64,000 bases of DNA. It comes from Candidatus Eiseniibacteriota bacterium (GTDB lineage: Bacteria > Arandabacterota > Arandabacteria > Arandabacterales > Arandabacteraceae). The notes under the pieces are model-generated. The model saw only the letters and a program-made list of their open reading frames with translations. It did no database searches and was not told where the DNA came from. The DNA lies in assembly GCA_043808325.1 (NCBI GenBank), contig JAZDEY010000035.1, positions 2,853-66,852 of the forward strand, read 5' to 3'. This document shows positions 29,306 through 38,958 of this stretch, piece by piece; position 1 is the first letter of the stretch; each line of letters opens with the position of its first letter. The position numbers and the translations under genes are program-made.

Positions 29306-32300
29306 TCATTCGACGACAACTAGTTTCTTGGTTGTGTTCTCGGTACTAGTCGACAATCTAACAAAGTAGATTCCCACAGGAACCTTCTGGCCCGACTGGC
29401 TCATGAAGTTCCAGGTAACCGAATGGCTCCCCGCGCCGACATCGGTATCCATGAGATTCGCAACCACACGGCCGTGTATGTCGTAGATATCGATGCGCAC
29501 ACGGTCGGCGCCCGCGGTATAGAACGCGAGGCTTACTTGAGACTCGCCCCTGGCACCGATCTGGTCGCCGAACTCAAAGGCAGCGGCGGCCGACGGGCTC
29601 ATACTGCCTTCGTCGTCGCGTCCGGGCACCCTGATGCAGTCAGACCCGGTGAACCGAGTACCATTCCTAAGCACGCCCGTGAGCGTGACCTTGACAGTCT
29701 GACCTTTGATGAGGCTCAGGCCAAGCCTCCCGATGCCCTTGTCCGGGAACTTGAGCACCAGGTCGAGGTATCCATCAGGACCTTGATCGCTGCAGCCGCA
29801 GAGCTGGCCCATATAAGGGGTCCCGCCATCTTCATACGACCACTTCTCCGGGGCAAGCGACGCGCTCGAGCCTTCGGCCGTCAATCTGATCGACGGCGGG
29901 TCGATATCCCTGACGTTGAGGCTCCTGGTCCCGAGAATCGCTACCCTCAGCACGCCTTCGGCCTTGGGATTGACCACATTCGGACAGTCGCCCGGATTCA
30001 CATCGACATAGACCCGAATCTCGTTAGCCACGACCTGGGTGGTCTCGGCGGCCACAACCGGCATCGGCGTCTGGGTGCTGGTGACCGATGCCGTGTTGAT
30101 GAGATCACCCGTCGGGGTGCCGTCATTAACCTTGACCCACAGGTGCACCAACAAGGAGCTATGGGCAGGCAACGGATCGAGATTCCACGTCACCTGATGG
30201 GTGGGGACGTCGAGCGTATAGGGGCTCGTCGCCCACACGAAACTGACGTCCGCGGGCATCTGGTCCATGATGGTCCCGCCGGTCACCTCGACGTCGTTGT
30301 CATTGTAGCAGCGTATCTCGTAGCGGACCGTATCGCCCGGAGCAACCGGCGCCGTCAGGTTATCCGTCTTGGTGAGCCTGAGCGGCACATACGGGTACTG
30401 GCAGACGTCTATCGAGAGGTTGTCCCCGGCATGGTTACCCGGAGCCTCCCAGTAGATCCAGCATTCGTTGTAAAGCACGCTGCCGTAAGCCACGCTAGGA
30501 TCGACCTGTACGTCGAGCTCGACCGAACCGCTCGCCAAACCGGCCAAGGTGCCGATCGTCCAGAGCACGCTCGGAGGCGGACCTGGCCGGTAGAGCCCAC
30601 CATGGGTGTCGGTCACTATCAGGCCGGGGGACACCGGTTCGAGCACCAACACGTCGGCGACAGGTATGGCATTGGGGTTATGGTAACTCAGCGTATAGGT
30701 AATCGTGCCGCCAGGACTGACGCAATCCGTAACGCTGGAGGTCTTATCGATCTCAAGCGGCAACAACGGACAGGCGTCCCGAATGATCGTCTGGCAGCAA
30801 CTTGCGGCGTTGCCGCAGCCATCGGAGGCCGTCCAGCACCTGGTGTAGGTCATCTCCCCAGGATTGGGACCGGGCACCGATGTGTCTTGACTGACGACTA
30901 CCTGTGGTGCCCGATTGCAGTTATCCACGGCCGTAGGCGGCGTGAAGATCAAAGGATCGCTGCAGCCAATGCGGCCATCTGCCGCACAGGTTATCGTCGG
31001 TGGAACCGTGTCCACGATCGTGATGGTCTCGAGACAGGACGCTGTATTGAGACAATCGTCGTTCGCCGTCCACTGGCGTCGGATCTGGTATGATCCCGGA
31101 CAGGCACCCGGCACGATCGTATCATTGAAAGTAATGGCCAGGTTCTCGTCGCAGTTGTCGCTTGCGGTCGCCACGCCGAAATCGCCTATTGAGCTGCACT
31201 CGAAGGTTCTATCCGACGGACACATGATAGTCGGTGGAACCGTGTCCCACACCCGAATCGTCTGGGTCACATCGGTATGGTTGCCGCAAGGGTCGCTCGC
31301 GCGATAGGTACGCGTGATCAACTCGGGACAGGTCTGGCCGTTCGGCTGGTCACCGACAAACACCACGGTGACGAGACCGCAATTGTCGATCGCGCTCACG
31401 CTTGTCGGATCCGGATCAGGCACGTCGCCCGAACACTGGACATTGACATTCGATAGCGGGTCAACCTGCGGAGGAGCCGTGTCGTCGATCTGCACCGACT
31501 TCTCGCAGTGGCTGATCGGACCCGCGGCACCCATCACATCGAGGATAACCAGGAAGGATGTGCCACAGGCAGATCCGGCCTGCACCTGGGCCACGGGACC
31601 GTTATTGGGCCCCACTATAGTGCCGCTTCCCGCGACCGTCCATACAAACCCGATCGTGCCCGGAGGCGGTGGGCCGGCAAGCTGGAACGGATTCACCGAG
31701 CTCGGGCATACCAGGTCGGGCCCAGTAATGATGCACCCGCAGCCTACCTTCACTATATTCTGGCAGCACGGCAGTGACGTGTTGCCGCAAGCATCGGTCG
31801 CCGTCCAGCACCTGGTGTGAGTGACTTCACCCGCACCCGGCCCGGGGGTCGAGGTTGTTGAGACGACATTCAGCACCGGCGACGGGTCACAGTTGTCGGT
31901 GACGGTCGGATCGGTGAAGACCGGCGTCTCGTCACACTCGATGGTCACATTCTGGGCGCAGGTGATGACCGGCGACTGAGTATCCCGCACGGTGATTGTC
32001 TGCACACAGGTCGAAGAGTTGCCGCACGCGTCGGTCGCGCGGTAGGTCCGCGTGATCGTCTGGTTGCACGCAGGCCCGCTGGGCACATCGCCGACATAGG
32101 TAATTACCGCGCTGCCGCAATTGTCGGTCGCCGTCACGAGCCCGATGTTTGGATTCGGGATATTACTCAGACACTGTACTGTGGTTCCTTGAGGACAAGC
32201 TGTGATCTGCGGCGGCGTGGTGTCATGCACTGTGATCGTCTGCATGCAGGTCGCAGTGTTGCCGCAGGCATCGGTCGCAGCCCAGGTCCGCGCTATGCTG

Positions 32301-34012
32301 TAGTTGCCCGCACAATTCCCTGGGGTCACCACATCACTGTGGGCAACCCCGGGCGCCGGATCGCAATTGTCGATCGCTGTCGCTGTACCCGTGTTGCTCG
32401 GATCGCTCGAGGCACTGCATTCAATCGTGGTGTTCGCCGGACACGTGATCTCAGGGACCGTCGTGTCATCCACCGTGATCACCTGCTGGCACTCCGCCGT
32501 GTTGCCGCACGCGTCGATCGCCCTATACGTACGTGTTACCGTGAGAACATTCGCTCCCACGCAGGTACCGCTCTGGACGTCGCTCCGCCAGGAGATGGCT
32601 ACATCACCACAGTTGTCCCCCGCTATCACCGCGCCGGTGTTGATCGGGGGCACCTGCGTCAGGCACTGTACCGTCGTGTTCCCGGGACAAGATGAGATTG
32701 TCGGCGCTATGGTGTCGCTGGTCGTCGCTGTCTTCTCGCATGTGCTCGAGAAACCGGCGGCGTCCACCACCGTCAGGTGCACCGTATATGTTACGCCGCA
32801 GCCACCACTGGTCTTCACATTTACCGACTGGCCGCTCGGAGGAGACTGAAGCGTACCGCTGCCCGTCACCGACCACTGGTAAGACTGCATCCCAACAGGC
32901 CCGGAGTACGAACTGGTCGCATTCGGGCATACCGTCGTGGGGCCATTTATCAAACACGCACAAACATGCGTAGTGTGGTCCACTGTCCGCGGCGACGGCG
33001 TCTCGGTGGCAACCACCGAGCACGTGTTGGAGAAGGATGACCCACCCGCCGTACTCGCCTTCACCATCACTACCAGGTCCAGGCTACCACCTGCACTACC
33101 CGCCACCGTACCTATAGTCCAGGTCACCGTGCGAGTCCTGGCGTTATAAGAACCTCCACCAGTCGACGACACATAATCCACCTCGGCAGGTAGAGGATCG
33201 GTGATCTCGACATGAGTAAGCGCCGTCCCGTTGGTATTGGTGTACCCTATGGTGTAAGTCATGTTCGCGCTCGGGAAGGCACACCCATCAGAGGCAATCC
33301 CATCGCCCTTGGTCAAAGTGATCGGTTGCAGGGCAACTCGGCAGGGCTCATCACCAGTGAGCCCACCGACGCCACCCGAGCTGATAAGGATCGGGAAGTC
33401 CTGGTACGGACCTGTCACAAAATCGCAATCAACCACGTCGAGCTGATTGGTCGCAGGGTTCGCAACCGGGGTCACGTAGCCCGGGCCCGTGGCTGCCAAC
33501 CAGATGTAGCCTGTGGCCAAGCCCCAGCCGTACTGGCAAGTCGTCCATGCAATCGCGGTGCCTTCCCCGGAATAGAGGATGCCGCCAACCGCAATGTCGC
33601 CCTTGCAACGGGTCCAGCTGCCGCTACCCCACTCGATCGGCCACGTCAGACCGAACTCGTGGGTGGTGTACGAAGCGAGGTCATAGAACACTGGCATGGC
33701 ATCTACGTCACCGGTGGGTACCCAGGTCTCATTGATGCCTTCGCAGGCCGTGAACGCGGGATAACTCTTGGTGCATGAAGTCGGATGCGCCTTGAGGTGG
33801 ATCGCGATCTTGCAGCCAAGGTTCTGCCCTGCGAAAGCCGGGGCCGTTGCCGTCCCAACGGCAAACGCCAAAGCTAGGACTGCCACCGCGAGACACAGTG
33901 GCTTGGAGATCCGGTGTTGCATGGAACACACTCCTTTCAACTCACCTTCGGTTTTCGCTCGTAAGAAAAATGCGGAGAGGCTGGATTGTGATTCCCTGAG
34001 CAGACCTGTCAC
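29306..34012 (-). CDS. Giant (1568-aa) cell-surface protein: signal peptide, DUF11 repeats, multiple HYR-like Cys-rich repeats, and T9SS-type C-terminal sorting domain
   Basis: N-terminal signal MQHRISKPLCLAVAVLALAFAVGTATAPAFA. Repeated ATDNCG...TRTYRATDACGN...TITVxDTTPPxIT units. DUF11-like LTKT...VTWTIG segments. C-terminus ...VGIYFVRLSTSTENTTKKLVVVE matches the Por_Secre_tail / FlgD-Ig-like pattern. Confidence 0.8.
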   Translation of the reverse strand: MTGLLRESQSSLSAFFLRAKTEGELKGVCSMQHRISKPLCLAVAVLALAFAVGTATAPAFAGQNLGCKIAIHLKAHPTSCTKSYPAFTACEGINETWVPTGDVDAMPVFYDLASYTTHEFGLTWPIEWGSGSWTRCKGDIAVGGILYSGEGTAIAWTTCQYGWGLATGYIWLAATGPGYVTPVANPATNQLDVVDCDFVTGPYQDFPILISSGGVGGLTGDEPCRVALQPITLTKGDGIASDGCAFPSANMTYTIGYTNTNGTALTHVEITDPLPAEVDYVSSTGGGSYNARTRTVTWTIGTVAGSAGGSLDLVVMVKASTAGGSSFSNTCSVVATETPSPRTVDHTTHVCACLINGPTTVCPNATSSYSGPVGMQSYQWSVTGSGTLQSPPSGQSVNVKTSGGCGVTYTVHLTVVDAAGFSSTCEKTATTSDTIAPTISSCPGNTTVQCLTQVPPINTGAVIAGDNCGDVAISWRSDVQSGTCVGANVLTVTRTYRAIDACGNTAECQQVITVDDTTVPEITCPANTTIECSASSDPSNTGTATAIDNCDPAPGVAHSDVVTPGNCAGNYSIARTWAATDACGNTATCMQTITVHDTTPPQITACPQGTTVQCLSNIPNPNIGLVTATDNCGSAVITYVGDVPSGPACNQTITRTYRATDACGNSSTCVQTITVRDTQSPVITCAQNVTIECDETPVFTDPTVTDNCDPSPVLNVVSTTSTPGPGAGEVTHTRCWTATDACGNTSLPCCQNIVKVGCGCIITGPDLVCPSSVNPFQLAGPPPPGTIGFVWTVAGSGTIVGPNNGPVAQVQAGSACGTSFLVILDVMGAAGPISHCEKSVQIDDTAPPQVDPLSNVNVQCSGDVPDPDPTSVSAIDNCGLVTVVFVGDQPNGQTCPELITRTYRASDPCGNHTDVTQTIRVWDTVPPTIMCPSDRTFECSSIGDFGVATASDNCDENLAITFNDTIVPGACPGSYQIRRQWTANDDCLNTASCLETITIVDTVPPTITCAADGRIGCSDPLIFTPPTAVDNCNRAPQVVVSQDTSVPGPNPGEMTYTRCWTASDGCGNAASCCQTIIRDACPLLPLEIDKTSSVTDCVSPGGTITYTLSYHNPNAIPVADVLVLEPVSPGLIVTDTHGGLYRPGPPPSVLWTIGTLAGLASGSVELDVQVDPSVAYGSVLYNECWIYWEAPGNHAGDNLSIDVCQYPYVPLRLTKTDNLTAPVAPGDTVRYEIRCYNDNDVEVTGGTIMDQMPADVSFVWATSPYTLDVPTHQVTWNLDPLPAHSSLLVHLWVKVNDGTPTGDLINTASVTSTQTPMPVVAAETTQVVANEIRVYVDVNPGDCPNVVNPKAEGVLRVAILGTRSLNVRDIDPPSIRLTAEGSSASLAPEKWSYEDGGTPYMGQLCGCSDQGPDGYLDLVLKFPDKGIGRLGLSLIKGQTVKVTLTGVLRNGTRFTGSDCIRVPGRDDEGSMSPSAAAAFEFGDQIGARGESQVSLAFYTAGADRVRIDIYDIHGRVVANLMDTDVGAGSHSVTWNFMSQSGQKVPVGIYFVRLSTSTENTTKKLVVVE

Positions 34013-34194
34013 CAGCCGATCTCGATGCCGACGTCACCGTCTAATCGAACTCGGACCGGAGACAGTTCTGCCCGCCTCTCGGCACACTCTCACAGCGCCT
34101 CTGTCTTCAGCGTCCTTACCGCAGCTAATGAAGCACGAATCCGTTCTTATTTTTCCAGATTGATTGTACCATATATCTTACGGGTTGTCAACGT

Positions 34195-35325
34195 ACCAAG
34201 TTGACTCATAATAAATGTATTCGAAAGGGGTTCGTTGCCTCAGAAATAAAAAGTATTCGGAATAGTTCTCGTTTACCCTCCGTGAGCCGGCAGGATCGGC
34301 ACTCAGGAGGTCAGACATCGCTACCGGGGAGCCCGGAAGAGGGGCAAGGGTCTGGTTCTGGATGAGTTTGTTGCCTTGACTGGCTACAACCGTTGTTATG
34401 TGGCGCGGCTCTTGGCGGGAGAGCGCAAGAGGCTTGAGATCAAGGGGCGCTCGGGGACCAAGCCGGGCAGTCTCTTGAAGCACAAGATCCCCATCTGCAC
34501 CTTCGCCGACTGGGACGATGCCCGGGTGGGCTTTCTCCAGGTCGACTTGGTTGGTCACGAGGGCGGCAACCCAAGAGGTGACTTCTGCCAGAGCCTTTCT
34601 GCTACCGATGTCGCCACCGGCTGGATCGAGACAAGAGCCATAAAGAACAAGGCTCAGGTGTGGGTCTTCGAGGCTCTTCAGGATACCAGGGAGAAACTGC
34701 CCTTCCCGATGCTGGGCATCAACTCAGACTCCGGCAGTGAATTCATCAATGCCCAACTGTTTCGCTACTGCAAGGCCGAGAAGATCACCTTCACCCGATG
34801 TCGCGAGGGACGCAAGAACGACAACTGCTATGTGGAGCAGAAGAACTATACCGCCGTCAGGCAGACTGTGGGCTATTTCCGCTATGATACGGACAAGGAA
34901 CTCCAACTGCTCAGGCGCATCTACAACATCTACCGGCTTTACGCCAACTTCTTCTTGCCTCAGATGAAACTCACCGACAAGACACGCGATGGTAGCAAGG
35001 TCACCAAGCACTATGACCGAGCACGGACGCCCTACGCTCGGGTCCTCTCATCCAGGGAAGTCGCCGACCAGGTCAAGAGGGCACTCACAAGCCAGTACGC
35101 GATTCTCAACCCGGCGGCACTGCGCAGAGACATGGCCGTGCTGCAGCAGAAACTATACAGGATCGCGGCCTCAAAGAGACGGCCCCTAACGGCCCAGGAG
35201 GTCATGGAGGATGTCGCTTATGCTGCTGTCTCCTAACCCACCTTCATCGGGATCATTTCAGATACATTTATTTATGAGGCAACGAATCCCATTTCAGATA
35301 CTTTTTTACTTGAGGCAACAGGCGG
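34195..35325 (+). mobile_element. Compact IS-like element (~1.1 kb) with rve-type DDE transposase and complex subterminal repeats
   Basis: Left end ...gaaaggggttcgttgcctcagaaataaaaagtattcggaat is an imperfect inverted match to the right end (reverse complement gaaatgggattcgttgcctcataaataaatgtatctgaaat). Each end carries two copies of a ~28-nt motif containing ttgcctca. Confidence 0.6.
34376..35236 (+). CDS. DDE integrase-core (rve superfamily) transposase. The start is unclear: no ATG, frame open back to 34286, and it is possibly N-terminally truncated or uses TTG/CTG.
   Basis: D (DLVGHEG), D (GINSDSGSEF) and E (CYVEQKN) catalytic-triad spacing, plus an HTH-like LDEFVALTGYNRCYVARLL stretch upstream. 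Confidence 0.6.
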   Translation: MTGYNRCYVARLLAGERKRLEIKGRSGTKPGSLLKHKIPICTFADWDDARVGFLQVDLVGHEGGNPRGDFCQSLSATDVATGWIETRAIKNKAQVWVFEALQDTREKLPFPMLGINSDSGSEFINAQLFRYCKAEKITFTRCREGRKNDNCYVEQKNYTAVRQTVGYFRYDTDKELQLLRRIYNIYRLYANFFLPQMKLTDKTRDGSKVTKHYDRARTPYARVLSSREVADQVKRALTSQYAILNPAALRRDMAVLQQKLYRIAASKRRPLTAQEVMEDVAYAAVS

Positions 35326-35451
35326 ATGGCCGCGGCTATGGGCTTGACAACTCCTATGCAAACCCTACAATCCGGCATATACTCTCGTATACTCAGGATA
35401 TGGCGCGTGGATGCTCCTGGCCCAGGCGTGGTCCACCTTAGGAGGTTCGGC

Positions 35452-36981
35452 ATGGCTGCCTTCGGACTCCGGGCGAGATTGCGACAAGCCCGATCGCGCA
35501 GTCCCAAGCCCAAATATTATGATGTTTCGCGCCTCGCCCTTCTGGTACTGGTCATCTTGGCCACCCTGGCAGCCAGTCACGCCGGTCGTTGCTTCGGGGC
35601 TGAGGAACCATCGCCCGGCACACCGCTGTCTCCCCTCACCCGAACCTGGGCCGTGAGCGACGCTCTGCGCTACCCGGTCGGCGACAGGCATCTCGGCGGG
35701 GCTCTGCGCTTGAGATACGTAGACCACGAGAATGCCAATCAACTCGGCCTTGAAGATGATCCCCACCGCCAGTTCCTCAGGCTCCGGACCCAGGTCTCAC
35801 TCGACTACCGGGGCTCCCAGGTCCTACGGCTTTTCGCGATGCTCAACAAGGAATCCACAAAACACATCACGTGTGGATCGTGTGGCGGCGGCTTTGACGA
35901 GATCATCTTCGAAAGCCTCTACCTGGAAGCGACCAAGCCCTGGGGTCTCCCCTTCGGGATTCGCCTCGGCCGACAGGACCTCTTCTACGGGGACGGCTTG
36001 GTCGTGGCCGACGGCACGCCGCTTGATTGTTCGCGGACGTCGTACGTCAATGGTGTACTCCTTACATCTAGAATTCCCCTCTGGTCCTTTGATGCATTCT
36101 GGCTGCGGGACCCGCGGCGGGAAGACTTCCTCCCGCGGATAAACAACAAGTACACCCAGCTGGCCGAGGCCGATCAGACCGCATGGGGCCTCTTCCTGCG
36201 GCGCGAGCCTTCCCCCGGCACCAGGCTTCGCTACGAGTTAGAACCATACTACGTTTTCTTGAGAGAGCACAGTGCCGGCAGGACGTCGAACACGTACACG
36301 ATCGGCACCAGGCTGGCGCTCGCGCTCGGTCGGGGGCATTTGATCGGCGAGTTCGCCTATCAAGGCGGGAAGATTCCCGAACCCGCATACTTGGAGTTCG
36401 ACCCAGAGGGGATCCTGACTGGCCCACAGAGCGTGTCGGCCTACGGCGCCCACGCAAGGCTTGAGGCACATCTTGGGCCGATGTTGCCCGTCGATATGGC
36501 GGCAGGTTACATCTACGTGTCGGGAGACGAGCGCGAGACCCGCAACAAATCCGAGGGCTGGAATCCCGTTCTCGGGAGGTGGCCTTTGTGGAGTGAGCTC
36601 TACGTGCACACGCTATGGGCCGAGCGGTATGTCCGGCCGCAGCTCCAGGGCTTCGGTTACTGGCAGAACCTCGCGATGCCCTTCGTGAAAGTCGCCTACC
36701 ATATTCACCGCTCCTTGAGCTTCGAGGCCAAGTACCTGTGGCTTTACGCCAATGAGGACGTGCCCGCGTTCAATGTACCGCTGTGGGACGATCCCAATCT
36801 TGAGGGTCCGCGCGAACGCGGGGAGCTCTACGGCCTGAAACTTGGCTGGGAGTTTGCCGACCTTCTTGCCGGTCACCTGCTGTACGAGAATTTCAGGCCC
36901 GGGCATTTCTATCCTAAGATCGACGGCTTCAAGCCCATGGATGCAAGCTACCTGAGGTTGGAGCTGTCGAGGTCGTTTTAG
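35452..36981 (+). CDS. Alginate-export (AlgE-like) family outer-membrane beta-barrel
   Basis: RBS aggagg. Signal peptide ALLVLVILATLAASHA. LGRQDLFYGDG and other alginate_exp-like motifs. C-terminal ...LRLELSRSF. Confidence 0.6.
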   Translation: MAAFGLRARLRQARSRSPKPKYYDVSRLALLVLVILATLAASHAGRCFGAEEPSPGTPLSPLTRTWAVSDALRYPVGDRHLGGALRLRYVDHENANQLGLEDDPHRQFLRLRTQVSLDYRGSQVLRLFAMLNKESTKHITCGSCGGGFDEIIFESLYLEATKPWGLPFGIRLGRQDLFYGDGLVVADGTPLDCSRTSYVNGVLLTSRIPLWSFDAFWLRDPRREDFLPRINNKYTQLAEADQTAWGLFLRREPSPGTRLRYELEPYYVFLREHSAGRTSNTYTIGTRLALALGRGHLIGEFAYQGGKIPEPAYLEFDPEGILTGPQSVSAYGAHARLEAHLGPMLPVDMAAGYIYVSGDERETRNKSEGWNPVLGRWPLWSELYVHTLWAERYVRPQLQGFGYWQNLAMPFVKVAYHIHRSLSFEAKYLWLYANEDVPAFNVPLWDDPNLEGPRERGELYGLKLGWEFADLLAGHLLYENFRPGHFYPKIDGFKPMDASYLRLELSRSF

Positions 36982-36991
36982 GCCGCGGCGA

Positions 36992-38449
36992 TCAAGCCTT
37001 CCGCGCCGGTCTCACAATCCGCCAACCCGCAAAGCCCGCGATCCCAAAGAGAGCGAGAATTATCCAGACCGCGCTCAGTCCGATCACCTTCGATGCCTGG
37101 ATTATCCACAGATCATACAGGCGCGGACTGGTCGCAAAGAGCGCCTTCAGATGAACCGCGATCGGGGAGAATTGCTGGATGTTGGTCTCGGCCCAATCCA
37201 GCTTCTTTATCTTGATCCAGTAGTCATAGGGCGCGGTGTAGTTGATCAGGACTCCGGCCGTTTGGACTCCGAAGCCTAGGATGCCCAGAATCACGGCCAC
37301 CACCACCAGCCACCTCTTGGTGCGCGCGGCCACAAGCCCGGGAAGAAGAAGTAGCGGGATCACCGGCAACAGAAAACGCGGCCCCCAGCACCAGCCGCCG
37401 TGCCATGCCCACCACTTGGAATACACTGCGAAGGTGTACGCGATGATGCAGACCATGAGCCACGCCTCGGCGCGATATCTCCTCACGAACTCGCGCAGCC
37501 CGAGCGCGAAGATCACCACCGCAGGCGCATATAGGAAAATACTGCGATAGGGACTTGCCAGATTCCACCACAGGCCCTTCGCGAGCGGCAAGGAGAAGCC
37601 CTTGTCAAAGGCCGTATGATAACCGGTCAAGAAGACGTCTCCGAATCGCAGGAAGTTGAGAAGCCCCAGAATCGCGACGCCCGGGGCGCACCCGAGCGCG
37701 AACCACATGGCTCGGCGTGCCCCAACCCTGGTGTTCCCGGATGACAACACCAGATAGGCTGCGAAGACCACCGCTATCGGCAGAAAACTCGCCCGCGTAA
37801 GGATACCCAGCCCCGAGGCCAGTCCGGCAAACAACATTCTCCGCCCTATCTCGCTCCTTCCCGCTCCGACCAGCAGCAAGAGGCTGCCCAGGAGGCAGAC
37901 CGCAAAGAGCGGTTCCGCAAAGAAATCTCGCGAGTAGACCCAGAAAGGCGTAGCAAACCCAAGGAGAGATGCCCCCCAGAGCGCGCCCTTCCGCGATAGG
38001 CCGAAATGCCTCAGGAGACCCCAGAACAGAAGACACACAAGCGCAGTCACAAAAGCATTGGTGAGCGCGGTGAAGAAGACCCTCGCGCCTTCAAGGTCGT
38101 TGAGCTTTATCAGCTGCTGGGCATCGGCGACTATAACGCCCGACTTATCAGGAATATTCACGTGGTCGCTGTAGTTACTGAAGACCGGGTTGTGCGGGGA
38201 GCCGTATTCCACCAGACTGCCGATCCAGTAGAGCGGCAGGCTTACCAGATTTTCGCCGATCCCGAGCTTGCTGTACTGCCGCCTATCCTTCCCTTCCACC
38301 GTCATCATGAACTTGGGAATCGCGAGCGTTCCATGCCGCGCGATCGCCTGCGTGACGTTATACGTCAGGTAGCTGTCGACCGTATAGATGTGTCCGGCCG
38401 TCGTGGCCACATAAAGGGCAACAAAGAACAGAAAGACGCTGAGGCGCAT
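36992..38449 (-). CDS. Polytopic membrane glycosyltransferase, GT39/ArnT-PMT-like
   Basis: N-terminus MRLSVFLFFVALYVATTAGHIYTVDSYL... and ~11 predicted TM segments typical of PMT_2/GT39 proteins. Confidence 0.55.
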   Translation of the reverse strand: MRLSVFLFFVALYVATTAGHIYTVDSYLTYNVTQAIARHGTLAIPKFMMTVEGKDRRQYSKLGIGENLVSLPLYWIGSLVEYGSPHNPVFSNYSDHVNIPDKSGVIVADAQQLIKLNDLEGARVFFTALTNAFVTALVCLLFWGLLRHFGLSRKGALWGASLLGFATPFWVYSRDFFAEPLFAVCLLGSLLLLVGAGRSEIGRRMLFAGLASGLGILTRASFLPIAVVFAAYLVLSSGNTRVGARRAMWFALGCAPGVAILGLLNFLRFGDVFLTGYHTAFDKGFSLPLAKGLWWNLASPYRSIFLYAPAVVIFALGLREFVRRYRAEAWLMVCIIAYTFAVYSKWWAWHGGWCWGPRFLLPVIPLLLLPGLVAARTKRWLVVVAVILGILGFGVQTAGVLINYTAPYDYWIKIKKLDWAETNIQQFSPIAVHLKALFATSPRLYDLWIIQASKVIGLSAVWIILALFGIAGFAGWRIVRPARKA

Positions 38450-38491
38450 TCGCCTACTCTTCGCCGGCTACATCATGCATCAAGTCTGCGG

Positions 38492-38902
38492 CTAGATTTT
38501 CGATTCCTGTACATCCTTAATGATCTTGGGCTTCGGCGGTACGAATCCCTCGCCTTCCTTCCTCATCCTGGAGCGCCCTTCGAAGAAGACCCCGTCCTCG
38601 ATCACCAGGCTCACGCTCTCCACATCGCCCAGCAGTTTCGCTCCCGCCTCCAGCTCCACCTTCTTCTTGGCAAACACGTTGCCTTCCACGGTCCCGCTCA
38701 CGACGGCGTGCGCGGCGTGGATCTCGCCCTTCACCTGACCGCCCTTGCCGACGATCACCGAATCGGACGACATGATCTTGCCCTCAAAATCCCCATCCAC
38801 CCGCACGCTCCCCTTGGCATCGATGTCCCCGGTGAACTTACAGTCATGGCCGAGAATCGTGCTGATGGTTCCCTGAGCCTCTGTGGTTTCTTTTCCGAAC
38901 AT
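38492..38902 (-). CDS. Bactofilin
   Basis: Start at MFGKE with RBS ggaggg. Beta-helical repeat pattern IxGxVxGdv repeated; DUF583 type. Confidence 0.75.
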   Translation of the reverse strand: MFGKETTEAQGTISTILGHDCKFTGDIDAKGSVRVDGDFEGKIMSSDSVIVGKGGQVKGEIHAAHAVVSGTVEGNVFAKKKVELEAGAKLLGDVESVSLVIEDGVFFEGRSRMRKEGEGFVPPKPKIIKDVQESKI

Positions 38903-38958
38903 TCCTCTTCCCTCCGTTCTGGAATAACTTCGCATTGCTATCTGTCGGTCACCAGTTG

